Source: Perkinsus olseni (lineage: Eukaryota). Taken from it: a stretch of 50,660 nucleotides of DNA. Below are positions 49,569 through 50,660 of this stretch, piece after piece; the first letter of the stretch is position 1, and each line of letters starts with the position of its first letter. The stretch lies in the NCBI GenBank assembly GCA_013115125.1, contig JABANN010000223.1:1-50660 (forward strand), read 5' to 3'. Made by a program: the position numbers and the translations under genes. The notes beneath the pieces are model-generated. The model was given only the letters and a program-made list of their open reading frames with translations. It had not been told where the DNA came from and ran no database searches.

Positions 49569-50660
49569 ACTTACAAGATCGATTAGACAAGAGAAATCTT
49601 AAACACCGGGAGCGAATGAATTTGGTACCAAATCTGACCAAAATCATCGGGCGAGCTAAATTGGCGAAGTTCCTGGCGACAACTGGCGATGGGAATAATA
49701 GTAAGCACAGTGGTGAACTCCATTTCGATATTCGCACATCTCCCAGATAACTGTGTGGAGGTGATGAGCCCCAGCAGCGGCAGTCGGAGTTCGGACCAAG
49801 AGCCGGCTCTCAGGCATCGACGGAGAATATACTCCGATAAAGAGCTGGCCGCCCTTCTACGATCCGATGATGATGACGACGTTTGAATGATATTCTCAAT
49901 ATTTCATCCCTGGTCGCGGGCCAGTCCCGAGCACTTGCTGGTGCTATATCCGCCGCTTTAAAGTACAAGCAATCGGCTTTCGTGAGGCACCGCTTCTTCA
50001 GCACAGTTCTGTCAACTTGACAGTGTCAAGTGATCCGCTGCCCGCGTGGCACAGAATAGGTAGCTCAGTTCACAGTCTTCAACGTGTGGTGTTCTGGTGG
50101 GCGGCCAACTTTCCCTTCTCTGATATTATAAGTTGACTGGAATGGTGTACACCGGCAGTCGAATACCGTGGTACCGAACTTGGGGAGTATTCTGGCCCGT
50201 AGCGTACTTGATCGGTAGGGATCGATTCGGCCGGCGACCTACTATTATGCTCCCCCTCGTTCAGGTGTGCCTACTTTGCTTTACATTGGCCATCGAGTGA
50301 AGAAAACTCTCGAGTACGAGCTTGACTTCGCCACTGCTCGAGAGACGTGGAAATATACAAGCAAGCCGGAAGCGATTCGAGAACCTGTACCGGAGAGAGT
50401 TAGAGATGATCGAAAAGATGTTCAATGATGAACTGTTACACGTTTTCTGAAGTTAAGAAAGAGTTGACTTCGTAAAGAGGGACGCCCGAAGTACGTAAAT
50501 GTGACAGGAAATGGTGTCTTAATCGCTGGCAGCGACAACAGCGCCACGCGTACGAGAGGTGCCAACGTATTCTCGTCGTGAATGGATTGTGACAGCGGGA
50601 CACGCAGCGTTGTGTCGTCAGATACCGATCCGCTAGCACTGAAAGAGGAGCTGTCGAAGT

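Overview
Eukaryotic nuclear DNA, gene-dense, with many short (~40-60 bp) GT-AG introns. The gene content and style suggest an alveolate protist, most likely Perkinsus (inference, not a database result). Host genes in order: FAD-dependent oxidoreductase, Bfr1/PPI-like coiled-coil protein, GIGYF-like GYF protein, MFSD5/MOT2 transporter, polo-like kinase, a TopoVIB-like gene split by a 1.35-kb intron, ZMYND12, purple acid phosphatase, two tandem NDUFA4-like mitochondrial paralogues, a DDHD phospholipase and several hypothetical or secreted ORFs. A ~6.1-kb LTR retrotransposon (11896-17971) has identical 139-bp repeats, a tRNA PBS, a G GGA AAC -1 frameshift site with a pseudoknot, and a Gag ending in an RRM-like domain instead of a zinc knuckle. 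Its Pol mixes Gypsy-like and BEL-like motifs. Other oddities are a dense cluster of 1-nt-centre palindromes inside the TopoVIB intron, two tRNA 3'-half sequences (one forming almost all of a putative 44-bp intron), and a small secreted six-Cys peptide. Spliced gene ends were read by eye and are approximate.
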